A stretch of 64,000 nt of DNA from a virus (Duplodnaviria; Caudoviricetes). Positions 8,050 through 15,485 of this stretch are shown here, piece after piece. Location of the stretch: positions 1-64,000 of the IMG/VR virus record IMGVR_UViG_3300050821_001527, one strand, 5' to 3'. Each line of letters starts with the position of its first letter. Within the stretch, counting starts at the first letter, position 1. The position numbers and the translations under genes were made by a program. The notes under the pieces were generated by a model. That model was not told the DNA's origin and searched no databases. It saw only the letters and a program-made list of their open reading frames with translations.

Positions 8050-8243
8050 AAGGTTTCGAGGTTAAGGTTCCAATTTTGTTTGGCGAATCTGCGTAGCGGG
8101 TGCAATCCACGTTCGCCGACATGGAAAGAGTAAAACGGTTGCTTGGTATCGGGCGGGTAGATTTTGACCGTGGACGCCTTTGTATAGTCCAAACGGAATC
8201 CCTGCCGTGCGAGTGCTTTTAGTAACTGCGGAACGTCTTTCAT
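8046..8243 (-). CDS. HicA-like fold small protein
   Basis: QLLKALARQGFRL..TVKIYPP..SFH.GERGLHPLRR resembles the HicA alpha-beta-beta-beta-alpha pattern; canonical GSH replaced by KAS. Confidence 0.45.
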   Translation of the reverse strand: MKDVPQLLKALARQGFRLDYTKASTVKIYPPDTKQPFYSFHVGERGLHPLRRFAKQNWNLNLETL

Positions 8244-8282
8244 GGTGTAAGAGTATAGGGCTATTGCCCGGTTGTCAAGGGA

Positions 8283-8792
8283 TTAAATGTCCAGATAGAG
8301 GCAATCGTAATCCACGACAATCGGCAACAGCGAGCCATCCAGAATCAACAGATTCTCGCGGTGCAAATCCCAGACGGTAATGCCCGCCTCCTCACACCTT
8401 TTGACGATTTCGCTTTTCATGGCGTAAAAGAATGTGTCATGTTCGCAACTCCAACCAAGCTGGATTGCCTTGACGAAACGGCAGACCAGCGCATACCCCT
8501 TGGAATGAATCCAGTAAACCTTGGGCGTCAGTGTGCGGTAAACGGGATTGTCCAACAGGGGCTTGACTTTCTCGTTAAACGCCGTGCTGCTGATTTTGAT
8601 GACGAAACGGCCAATGCGGTAGCAGTAGCTATAGGCACCGCTGGCAAAGAATTTCAACCCCTGACTTTCCAGCCATGCGCGGGCAGTGTCTTTGAAGTTG
8701 TATGTGTCCTCGATTTGAATGGATTCGAGATGCGCGATGATGCGCTTAATCCGAAGGCGGGTGCTGGTTCCGGGCGTAGTGTTGTTATTCAT
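8283..8792 (-). CDS. small protein-kinase-like (ePK/APH fold) protein
   Basis: FFASGAYSYCY (Gly loop), FVIKI, WDLHRENL (catalytic loop), VVDYD (DFG-like). Confidence 0.8.
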   Translation of the reverse strand: MNNNTTPGTSTRLRIKRIIAHLESIQIEDTYNFKDTARAWLESQGLKFFASGAYSYCYRIGRFVIKISSTAFNEKVKPLLDNPVYRTLTPKVYWIHSKGYALVCRFVKAIQLGWSCEHDTFFYAMKSEIVKRCEEAGITVWDLHRENLLILDGSLLPIVVDYDCLYLDI

Positions 8793-8859
8793 GTGAAGAT
8801 ATTAGTTGAATAATCGCACCGTGTCAAGGGAATATTTTGCATAAATGAATCAATCTTCA

Positions 8860-8925
8860 TAAGTGTTTGAGGCGCAGGCACTTGCGGCGGGCCACCCGCG
8901 TAACCCCCTGAGTTGCAGAGAGTTA
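8860..8925. repeat. double-dyad element, copy 4
   Basis: TAAGTGTTTGAGGCGCAGGCACTTG-cggcgggccacccgcg-TAACCCCCTGAGTTGCAGAGAGTTA (25+16+25). Confidence 0.9.
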
Positions 8926-8954
8926 CGAAACTAGCGCCGTCACGACCTACGCCG

Positions 8955-9120
8955 TCCCCTCCGGTGTTATCCAGAGGACGGGAGTTGCACCCGTCTTATC
9001 ACGACAATTTCTTTAAATTGGTGGAGACTATCGCGCCCCGCTACGCCGGATTTTTACCGGAAGGTGCTACATTTTGGCTACAGTCTTGAAACATTTTGCC
9101 TACAGTCCGCACTCTCAACA
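8955..9120 (-). ncRNA. candidate tRNA-like / degenerate tRNA RNA
   Basis: own promoter; GCGGACUGUAG...UAGUCUCCACCA (9110-9019) and a separate T-arm-like hairpin GACGGG-UGCAACU-CCCGUC (8995-8977); not an intact cloverleaf. Confidence 0.4.
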
Positions 9121-9270
9121 TCTATACTCTAGCAGATTATTTTAATCTGTCAAGAAAAATCATGCCGTATTATCGTTTAATGTCGCCCCGGCTGGGGATT
9201 GTCCTAGCGCATTATGTATAAGGGGACAGCCCATGCTCGCTTCAAAGTCCCGCCACATTCTCTAGGTCAG

Positions 9271-9388
9271 ACAGTTGGTTTTTGTGACCGCGTTTAACCG
9301 CCTGTATCGAGTCCCTACTGACCGATTACCACGCCACGCGAGGCATCATTGTTCATCTACTTACCCGATACCACCCATAACCAACTAT
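9271..9388 (-). ncRNA. candidate structured rod-like ncRNA
   Basis: promoter TTGACG-N16-TAGTAT with no ORF behind it; nested stems AUAGUUGGUU/AACCAACUGU and GUAUCGGGU/ACUCGAUAC. Confidence 0.5.
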
Positions 9389-9428
9389 AAAGATACTAAC
9401 AGATTTGCCCGGAACGTCAAGAACTATT

Positions 9429-10118
9429 TTAAACTTTCTCAACTGTCGGCTTGAGCCATATCCCGCGCTCACCCAACAGGCCGAACAAATCAAATTCATC
9501 CAGCAAGCGCAGAGCCTTGCCCGTGTCAGCGGCGAACATCTTCAAGGATTCTTCGCGGATACGCTCGGTTGAGACGTTCGCAAAGTGCTTGTAATTACAG
9601 CAGAACCCGTGCATGGCATTGGCCGTATTGCGCTCAATCCTGAATCCCTTGGTAATGGCGAAACGGATTGCACGAATCACGCGCAACGCATCTTCCCCGA
9701 AACGCACACGCGGGTCGCCTACACAGCGAATCAGTCTGTCCGTAATGTCTTCAATCCCCTTGTGCGGGTCGAGAACATCGAACTCGTTCGCGGCGTTTAC
9801 GGCAATCGCGTTCATCGTGAAGTCACGACGGGCGAGGTCATCAAAGATTGTGCCAATCGTGACGCTCTCAGGGCGGCGACCGTCGGTATAACAGCCATCC
9901 TTACGACAAAGGACGTAATCTGCCGAGCCGAGTGCGGGGACGTTGGCACGTATAGTGAAAAATTCGGGTGTTTCGAGGAAAATCTTTCCCCCGAGCGCAA
10001 TAATCGTTTCGCGCATGGAATCAAACGAAGGGGCTTCAACGGCGAAATCCATATCCTTGGACTTGACGCCCAAGAATGTATCTCTCACACTTCCGCCCAC
10101 TCTGAAAATCTTATTCAT
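9429..10118 (-). CDS. cca: tRNA nucleotidyltransferase (CCA-adding enzyme, class II), C-terminally short
   Basis: VGGSVRDTFLG..KDMDF, RKDGCYTDGRRP loop, DLARRDFTMNAIA, EDALRVIRAIRF; lacks the poly(A) polymerase GRRF signature. Confidence 0.88.
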   Translation of the reverse strand: MNKIFRVGGSVRDTFLGVKSKDMDFAVEAPSFDSMRETIIALGGKIFLETPEFFTIRANVPALGSADYVLCRKDGCYTDGRRPESVTIGTIFDDLARRDFTMNAIAVNAANEFDVLDPHKGIEDITDRLIRCVGDPRVRFGEDALRVIRAIRFAITKGFRIERNTANAMHGFCCNYKHFANVSTERIREESLKMFAADTGKALRLLDEFDLFGLLGERGIWLKPTVEKV

Positions 10119-10150
10119 TCCACTTATCCTATGGGATTAGGCCCGAACTG

Positions 10151-10378
10151 TCAAGGATTTATTCGCTTGGTGTAGGATTTGATATAGGGTTTCAGGTCAG
10201 AGGCAATAGACGCGGCAATCGCGTCAACTTCACCTTGACCGGCAGAATGGCCGCGTTCGTAGGCAGCGAATTCAATGTATTGAATGAATTCGGGCGGCAA
10301 GTCGTGATATTCAGCCTGCTTCCGTGCTGCGGCGTCCGCGTCCGCTTTGTCAACCATCGCTTGTAATTCTTTAGTCAT
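10151..10378 (-). CDS. hypothetical protein
   Basis: 75 aa, own promoter. Confidence 0.65.
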   Translation of the reverse strand: MTKELQAMVDKADADAAARKQAEYHDLPPEFIQYIEFAAYERGHSAGQGEVDAIAASIASDLKPYIKSYTKRINP

Positions 10379-10418
10379 GCTTAGAAGATAGCAGAATTTG
10401 CACCATTGTCAAGAACTA

Positions 10419-10484
10419 TATCTCGTTGTCCATCAAGGACTTGCGCGGGTGCCCCTGCGTAACCCGTTGTGGCTCAGTGGGTTA
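10419..10484. repeat. double-dyad element, copy 5
   Basis: TATCTCGTTGTCCATCAAGGACTTG-cgcgggtgcccctgcg-TAACCCGTTGTGGCTCAGTGGGTTA (25+16+25). Confidence 0.88.
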
Positions 10485-10497
10485 CGAGGTTTGCCGC

Positions 10498-10830
10498 TTA
10501 CAGCGAGAACCAGTAGCGTTTGCTGTGGCCGGTGCCGGTGAACTTGATTGCGCCGGAATTGCGGAGTTGCTTGACAGTTTGGGTGAGGGTATGGCGGGTG
10601 TAGGTGGTATAGCCGGATTCCTGAATTGCCGTTTCGATTTGCGTGACCGTCATCCCTTGGGCCTTGCGGGTGGGGAGGACATTAACGACGAGCTTTTGCA
10701 GCGGGAACGGATTGCGGGGCAACTGGCAGTTGGTCGCCCCCACCGTCCGATAGTTGGCGCGGAGATTGTCGGCGATGGTGAGGATTGCGGAGATGACGTT
10801 GGAATTCAGACCGAGCGTGTTGTTTTTCAT
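10498..10830 (-). CDS. winged-helix DNA-binding protein (putative)
   Basis: GMTVTQIETAIQESG..RHTLTQTVKQLRNSGAIKFTGTGHSKRYW follows a wHTH helix-helix-wing pattern. Confidence 0.55.
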   Translation of the reverse strand: MKNNTLGLNSNVISAILTIADNLRANYRTVGATNCQLPRNPFPLQKLVVNVLPTRKAQGMTVTQIETAIQESGYTTYTRHTLTQTVKQLRNSGAIKFTGTGHSKRYWFSL

Positions 10831-10942
10831 ATTCGTTATTTTTCTTCTGTCAGGCGTGATTGCCTTTGATGTAGAAAGAATAACAGAATTTTGTTTTGAG
10901 TCAAGGTATTTATCGAATTTTATTGAAGTATTTTTCGAGACA

Positions 10943-11008
10943 CAAGTTGTTGACTATCAAGGGTTTGCACGGGACGCCCCGCGTAACCTCCTCTGTGGCA
11001 AGGGGTTA
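10943..11008. repeat. double-dyad element, copy 6
   Basis: CAAGTTGTTGACTATCAAGGGTTTG-cacgggacgccccgcg-TAACCTCCTCTGTGGCAAGGGGTTA (25+16+25). Confidence 0.9.
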
Positions 11009-11029
11009 CGGGGTTTGTTTCAGCAGGTT

Positions 11030-11257
11030 CTATGCCACCTTGCGGGCCACGCTCTTGATGTCAGCAAGGTAGGTGTCGCCATATTCCCCGTCCGGGCACA
11101 TGGGGGACGTGACGAAACAAAAGACGCGGGCGAAGGGATTCGCGGCCTCTTTGTCAGGGGCTTGATAGTGTTTCAGGACTTTCCACGTCCACGAACCGTT
11201 AGACCACGTTTCGTAAGGATTGGAAACCGGGCGGGTTTTGGCACATTCGTTTTTCAT
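11030..11257 (-). CDS. hypothetical phage protein
   Basis: 75 aa, WTWKVLKHYQ..FCFVTSP..EYGDTY; own promoter. Confidence 0.7.
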   Translation of the reverse strand: MKNECAKTRPVSNPYETWSNGSWTWKVLKHYQAPDKEAANPFARVFCFVTSPMCPDGEYGDTYLADIKSVARKVA

Positions 11258-11295
11258 GGTGAGAGGATAGCTGTTTAGTTACGGGTTGTCAAGGT

Positions 11296-11724
11296 TTATT
11301 TCACACTCCAAAGCGGGACGGTGAAGTCATCAGCGAATTTGTGTTTGTTAGACCACGATTCACGCGACAGGAAAACGCCGACACATTGAGCCGTGGCGAT
11401 GCGTTTGGTGACTTCCTCACGGATGATTCGCAGCGTGTTACCGGAGCAAATCAGGTCATCAATGATGATATATCGCTCGCTGGATTCAACCCCTTCAAGA
11501 TTGGAGCCGAAATGGTTGCCGTCATCCTTGCGAACCATGAGCATATTCTTTTTGAGCTTCATGGCGATGATGGGGGCAATCAACGCCCCGGACATTCCAC
11601 GAAAGGCGATTGCATCAAACTCAACTTCGGAATCCTTAATGAGCTTGACCAGTTTGGTTACGGTTTCCGGCAACCGGGCAACGTCAACCAGATGTTTCAG
11701 ATAGTCAGAACGAATGGCGGGCAT
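11296..11724 (-). CDS. type I phosphoribosyltransferase-domain protein
   Basis: IAFRGMSGALIAPIIA..VRK..YIIIDDLICSGNT PRPP-binding loop; start set at MPAIRSD. Confidence 0.8.
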   Translation of the reverse strand: MPAIRSDYLKHLVDVARLPETVTKLVKLIKDSEVEFDAIAFRGMSGALIAPIIAMKLKKNMLMVRKDDGNHFGSNLEGVESSERYIIIDDLICSGNTLRIIREEVTKRIATAQCVGVFLSRESWSNKHKFADDFTVPLWSVK

Positions 11725-11728
11725 AGTA

Positions 11729-11899
11729 TTAGGAGAGTTGGTTTTCGATTTCGACAATCACGTTGCGGTGCTGGGAAATGCCAACGTGTTTTTCCATCAC
11801 CAGAAAACGCTCGATGGAACCATAGGACACGCGGCCAGTGAAGACCTTGCGGTATTTTACGCCGCCCAATTTGTAAACCAGAATGGTGTTTTTATTCAT
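11729..11899 (-). CDS. hypothetical protein (56 aa, not in track)
   Basis: MNKNTILVYKLGGVKYRKVFTG...; promoter 6 nt upstream. Confidence 0.6.
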   Translation of the reverse strand: MNKNTILVYKLGGVKYRKVFTGRVSYGSIERFLVMEKHVGISQHRNVIVEIENQLS

Positions 11900-11942
11900 G
11901 TGTAAAGAGTATCGGAATTGTTTGCGGTTGTCAAGGAAAATT

Positions 11943-12293
11943 TCAGCCGTAAATTACTTCACCAAAGGCGGCGAGTTGGGCAAAGGCGTCGAAGTCGAAG
12001 GCGTCAGACTGACAAAGCCAGTTGTCCCAATCTTCCCAGTTGGCACTGAAAGGCGGTTGCGTCAAACCCTTGGGCCATTTGGTAGGGTCGAACAGCAGCG
12101 GGAACGCGGCAATCAGTTTGGCCTTGTCCAAGTCATAGGTTTTGCCGTCCTCCGTGTCCACAAATTCAAATTCCATCTTCTTATAATCCCAGCCACGGCA
12201 TTTCAGCGTCATACCGGCTTCGGGGTGGTTGTCCATGATGGCGCGGACAATCTTTTCAACGGTTTCGTCAGGGATGACTAAGGTAATATTCAT
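11943..12293 (-). CDS. hypothetical protein
   Basis: 116 aa, acidic, own promoter. Confidence 0.7.
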   Translation of the reverse strand: MNITLVIPDETVEKIVRAIMDNHPEAGMTLKCRGWDYKKMEFEFVDTEDGKTYDLDKAKLIAAFPLLFDPTKWPKGLTQPPFSANWEDWDNWLCQSDAFDFDAFAQLAAFGEVIYG

Positions 12294-12329
12294 GTGTAGA
12301 GATTAGCGGATTGATTACCGCTTGTCAAG

Positions 12330-12641
12330 TTAAAAATCTTGGTTAATTGTGTTCAAATCGGCTTGCCAGCGGGCTAACCTGTCGCCTGCTTTTCTCAGGG
12401 CAATGCAAGCGGCCATGTGGGGATGTTTATGGGTCGCCTGAAATGATATGGCTTCGCCCAAGCTAACCGAAAAATGAAAATCAGTATCGTCATACAAACT
12501 GCATGAGATATGACACTTGCCCCTTGTCCAAGTCGCGTTGACGTTGCTGTCATCGGGCAATTTAATGCAGTTCATTTGCCACCCGTCGCCCAAAGTGGCA
12601 CGAATGCGGCTATCACGTTTCATGGCAGTTTCCAATGTCAT
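12330..12641 (-). CDS. hypothetical protein
   Basis: 103 aa, own promoter. Confidence 0.65.
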   Translation of the reverse strand: MTLETAMKRDSRIRATLGDGWQMNCIKLPDDSNVNATWTRGKCHISCSLYDDTDFHFSVSLGEAISFQATHKHPHMAACIALRKAGDRLARWQADLNTINQDF

Positions 12642-12681
12642 AGGGATAGAGTATCAGAGTTTAAGGGATTGTCAAGCTTTC

Positions 12682-12747
12682 TAAGTCGTTGACTATCAGG
12701 CACTTGCGCGGGGCGTCCCGCGTAAACAGTTGACTATCAACAGGTTA
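12682..12747. repeat. double-dyad element, copy 7
   Basis: TAAGTCGTTGACTATCAGGCACTTG-cgcggggcgtcccgcg-TAAACAGTTGACTATCAACAGGTTA (25+16+25); supplies the stop of 12745..13029. Confidence 0.92.
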
Positions 12748-13029
12748 CGCTCTCAACTGCGCCCAAACTTCGTGGGCAATCTTGATGGACTTGGCATAGA
12801 TTTTACTCTTGTGGGCCGCACCGGAGCAATTTTCATTCACCCATTGAATATCCTGCGCGTCAAGCATCAGGCAAACTTCATCCATGATTGCCGCCTCAAT
12901 CGTGCTTTCAATCCACAGGGCGAAGTTGTCAACGTGATTGACCAGCGCACGGAGTTTGGCTTCGGGATGTTTCAGAGCAGCTTTCTTGCCAATCTGCATC
13001 AACTGGGCTTCGTATCTTTCAGCGTTCAT
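12745..13029 (-). CDS. hypothetical protein
   Basis: 94 aa, helical. Confidence 0.65.
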   Translation of the reverse strand: MNAERYEAQLMQIGKKAALKHPEAKLRALVNHVDNFALWIESTIEAAIMDEVCLMLDAQDIQWVNENCSGAAHKSKIYAKSIKIAHEVWAQLRA

Positions 13030-13147
13030 TTTGACCTTTGTGTTTGGGGTGGCGGGTGTAAGCCTTTTTGCTTTTGACGATACGGGAAGCGGGATTGAAG
13101 TCCCATTGTTTCCGAACCGATTTTATGATTGAGATTTGCTTACTCAT
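13019..13147 (-). CDS. small basic peptide resembling alternative ribosome-rescue factors (ArfA/BrfA-like), 42 aa, not in track
   Basis: MSKQISIIKSVRKQWDFNPASRIVKSKKAYTRHPKHKGQNER; promoter TTGACA-N16-TACACT 6 nt upstream. Confidence 0.45.
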   Translation of the reverse strand: MSKQISIIKSVRKQWDFNPASRIVKSKKAYTRHPKHKGQNER

Positions 13148-13184
13148 AGGCAAAGTGTATCAGGTTTCGTCAGGTTGTCAAGGG

Positions 13185-13220
13185 AAAAGAAAAAACCCGT
13201 CACGCTCCGAACGCGACGGG
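13185..13220 (-). terminator. intrinsic terminator
   Basis: CCCGTCGCG-TTCGGAG-CGTGACGGG followed by TTTTTTCTTTT on the minus strand. Confidence 0.75.
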
Positions 13221-13241
13221 TCAACTACGGCCTAATTTCGC

Positions 13242-13610
13242 TTAGGCGGCGGCAGGTTGTGCGGTGAGTGTTTTGGCGTGGGTCTTGTAGCCTTCCGGCG
13301 ACAGAACCGCGAAACCGGAGAAACGAACCTTGCGGACGCGGGAAAAGCGGAACGTCAGATATTCCTTGTCGCGGCTCGTATCAATCGCGGTAAACACCGC
13401 ATTGCCCGCCGCCGAAGTCCACTTGTGGGTAACGGGGTGGCCGATGACGTTGTAACGCTGGACGGGAAGATTCGGGTGGCGGGAATCAGCCGGGGCGTAG
13501 GTCACGCGGTAGGTGGGAATGAAACGGTAGCCATTGGCGAGCATGGTGCCGAGAACGGCGAGGCCGATGATGAGCAGGAGGATGGAACTGATTAGGAGGT
13601 TTGGATTCAT
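13242..13610 (-). CDS. membrane-anchored protein with WYL-like motif
   Basis: N-terminal TM helix; FTAIDTSRDKEYLTFRFSRV resembles the WYL C-terminal motif. Confidence 0.5.
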   Translation of the reverse strand: MNPNLLISSILLLIIGLAVLGTMLANGYRFIPTYRVTYAPADSRHPNLPVQRYNVIGHPVTHKWTSAAGNAVFTAIDTSRDKEYLTFRFSRVRKVRFSGFAVLSPEGYKTHAKTLTAQPAAA

Positions 13611-13687
13611 GTTATTTTATTGTCTTTCGTTTGTTGTTTAACTTATGTGAAAAGATTATCAGGTTTGGCAACCGTTGTCAAGGGATT

Positions 13688-13897
13688 TCAGTAAGAACCA
13701 TACCCGAAAACAGTAACCACTTCGCCCACACGGTTTTCACAGTCCGCGCCGTTTGCGGCGTTTTCCTTGGTGATTCTTCGATTGGTCTGGAAATTGATTG
13801 TGCGTGGTTCACCGCCGCCATTCCAACCGTCCAAAATCATTACGTCACGGTCAGCGGGGAGTTTTTGTAAAAGTTCGATAAGGATTGATGCTTTCAT
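13688..13897 (-). CDS. hypothetical protein
   Basis: MKASILIELLQKLPADRDVMI, common phage small-protein N-terminus. Confidence 0.65.
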   Translation of the reverse strand: MKASILIELLQKLPADRDVMILDGWNGGGEPRTINFQTNRRITKENAANGADCENRVGEVVTVFGYGSY

Positions 13898-13971
13898 GCG
13901 TTAAAGATAGTCGAAACGCCACGACCAAACAAGGAAACAATCTCGCTATAGTTATTCACATTCCCTCCACT

Positions 13972-14005
13972 TGGCACGGCTCCCGCTAAAGCACAATCCA
14001 TGCCA
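13972..14005. promoter_or_regulatory. head-to-head pair of sigma54-type -24/-12 motifs
   Basis: TGGCACGGCTCCCGCT (+, 13972-13987) and TGGCATGGATTGTGCT (-, 14005-13990), 2 bp apart. Confidence 0.7.
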
Positions 14006-14009
14006 TCCA

Positions 14010-14074
14010 TAAGCCCTTGACTATCAACGACTTGCGGGGTTCCCCCGCGTAACCCATTGGTAATCAACGAGTTA
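14010..14074. repeat. double-dyad element, copy 8
   Basis: TAAGCCCTTGACTATCAACGACTTG-cggggttcccccgcg-TAACCCATTGGTAATCAACGAGTTA (25+15+25). Confidence 0.92.
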
Positions 14075-14083
14075 CGGGGATGA

Positions 14084-14320
14084 TTAAGTTTGCTGAATGC
14101 GCCTGATTAGGGCGGCTAAGGCGCGTCCCTCAAAGTTCTCAATCGGTTCGCGCAGACTACGCCCGTCAGTTGTCGAATGATTGCACTTGTCGGCGAAGTC
14201 GGCGAACAGCAGGGGCTTTGCCCAGTCTTCGGCAAAGTTTTTTCTGTCCCATCCGTCCGGGTCAAGAATGTGAATGCCGAGCAACTCACACCACGTTTCA
14301 GGCTGTAGGTAGATTTTCAT
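14084..14320 (-). CDS. hypothetical phage protein
   Basis: WCELLGIHILDPDGWDRKNF..W motif. Confidence 0.7.
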   Translation of the reverse strand: MKIYLQPETWCELLGIHILDPDGWDRKNFAEDWAKPLLFADFADKCNHSTTDGRSLREPIENFEGRALAALIRRIQQT

Positions 14321-14401
14321 TTGTGTTTCCTCAGTTCGTAAAGGAAGATTGCGCCAAAGATTAGCGCAACCCCTAGCGACAGGTAAAAGTAAAGCATACG
14401 T

Positions 14402-15079
14402 TTAGGCGACTACAAACCCAGTCGCATCAGCTTTCGCCTTGCCCTTCATAGACAGGCCGACAATGACACCGCGAGCGTCCAGAAAACGCAAATCGTTTTC
14501 GTCCCCGGAAACAACCGGCTTGCCCAAGTAAGACGCGGGCAATTCATTTCGGAAAACAACCGCGATGTTTACATTTTGCGCGGCCAGCTTTTCAACGTCA
14601 GCCTGATTGCTTTCCGAACGGGAAAAGGTCAGGTTATAGTTTGCGGGCAACTTGCCAGCGGCGAACATGCCAGCACGAAACGGATTTTTCGTGTAATCGT
14701 AAAAGTTGACCGTGGGGAATTTGTCCATGAATCCGAACCTTTCCCAAGCAACATCAGAGAGGACATTAAGGCGGATTGCCAGCTTTTTACCAAGCTTGCC
14801 AGCCTTGCGGACACCCGCCGCAATTTCCTTTTCCAGCATGGCGAGAAATTCCGCTTGGCGCTCGTTAAAGAATTTGGCTTTCGCAATACGAGCCGCTTGC
14901 ACGTTGGGGAATACGCCCATGCCGGAAGTATTCAGGCAGGCAGCAGCGCAACCCGCAGAGGCATGGGGGCAAAGATTGCGCCCGGACAAATTGAACGGCG
15001 CAAGCGACAAGCCAAGCGTAAAGTAGCCTAGCGACTCGCCTTTAAGCAGTTTGGTGTTATTGGGGGATAGTAATTTCAT
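14402..15079 (-). CDS. Gp88-family phage protein (radical SAM-like Cys motif)
   Basis: LSLAP..NLCPHASAGCAAACLNTSG..IRLNVLSDV..FYDYTK..NYNLTFSRSE..GDENDLRFLD..GLSMKG. Confidence 0.8.
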   Translation of the reverse strand: MKLLSPNNTKLLKGESLGYFTLGLSLAPFNLSGRNLCPHASAGCAAACLNTSGMGVFPNVQAARIAKAKFFNERQAEFLAMLEKEIAAGVRKAGKLGKKLAIRLNVLSDVAWERFGFMDKFPTVNFYDYTKNPFRAGMFAAGKLPANYNLTFSRSESNQADVEKLAAQNVNIAVVFRNELPASYLGKPVVSGDENDLRFLDARGVIVGLSMKGKAKADATGFVVA

Positions 15080-15112
15080 GTGGGGAGAGTGTAGGGGATT
15101 GCGCGGCCAATG

Positions 15113-15325
15113 TCAAGAGTAAATTACCGCATTGTGCTTTTCCAGAGCCGGGGCAATTTCGGCGTGAATGGTGGCTTGCAATTCCGCCATTGCCAACCGA
15201 CGGCGAACGACTTCACAGCGCAGGCGGATACGGTCAGAAACCGACTGGCGGTAATTCATGGGGATGCTCAAATTTGCCTTGACAAGCTTGGCGATGTTCG
15301 CGGGAGAGTTGATTTCAGTTTGCAT
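15113..15325 (-). CDS. hypothetical protein
   Basis: 70 aa. Confidence 0.55.
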   Translation of the reverse strand: MQTEINSPANIAKLVKANLSIPMNYRQSVSDRIRLRCEVVRRRLAMAELQATIHAEIAPALEKHNAVIYS

Positions 15326-15422
15326 ATATTGTTATACTGTTATTGTTTTATTGACTGCGTAAGTATGGGGCGAAAATGTTAGACGGTCAAGGGTTTTTTG
15401 AATTATTTTTTCAGGCAAATAT

Positions 15423-15481
15423 TGGCATGGCTCCTGCTAGAGCAATTCGTGTGCCAACCAGCCGCAGCATTTATCGTGCCA
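15423..15481. promoter_or_regulatory. three sigma54-type -24/-12 motifs
   Basis: TGGCATGGCTCCTGCT (+, 15423-15438), TGGCACACGAATTGCT (-, 15456-15441), TGGCACGATAAATGCT (-, 15481-15466). Confidence 0.72.
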
Positions 15482-15485
15482 TGCG

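Noticed and set aside
9019-9110. Intact tRNA or tmRNA gene
   Set aside because: No proper T-loop before the CCA end, no U33, duplicated D-arm-like segment, no tag ORF.
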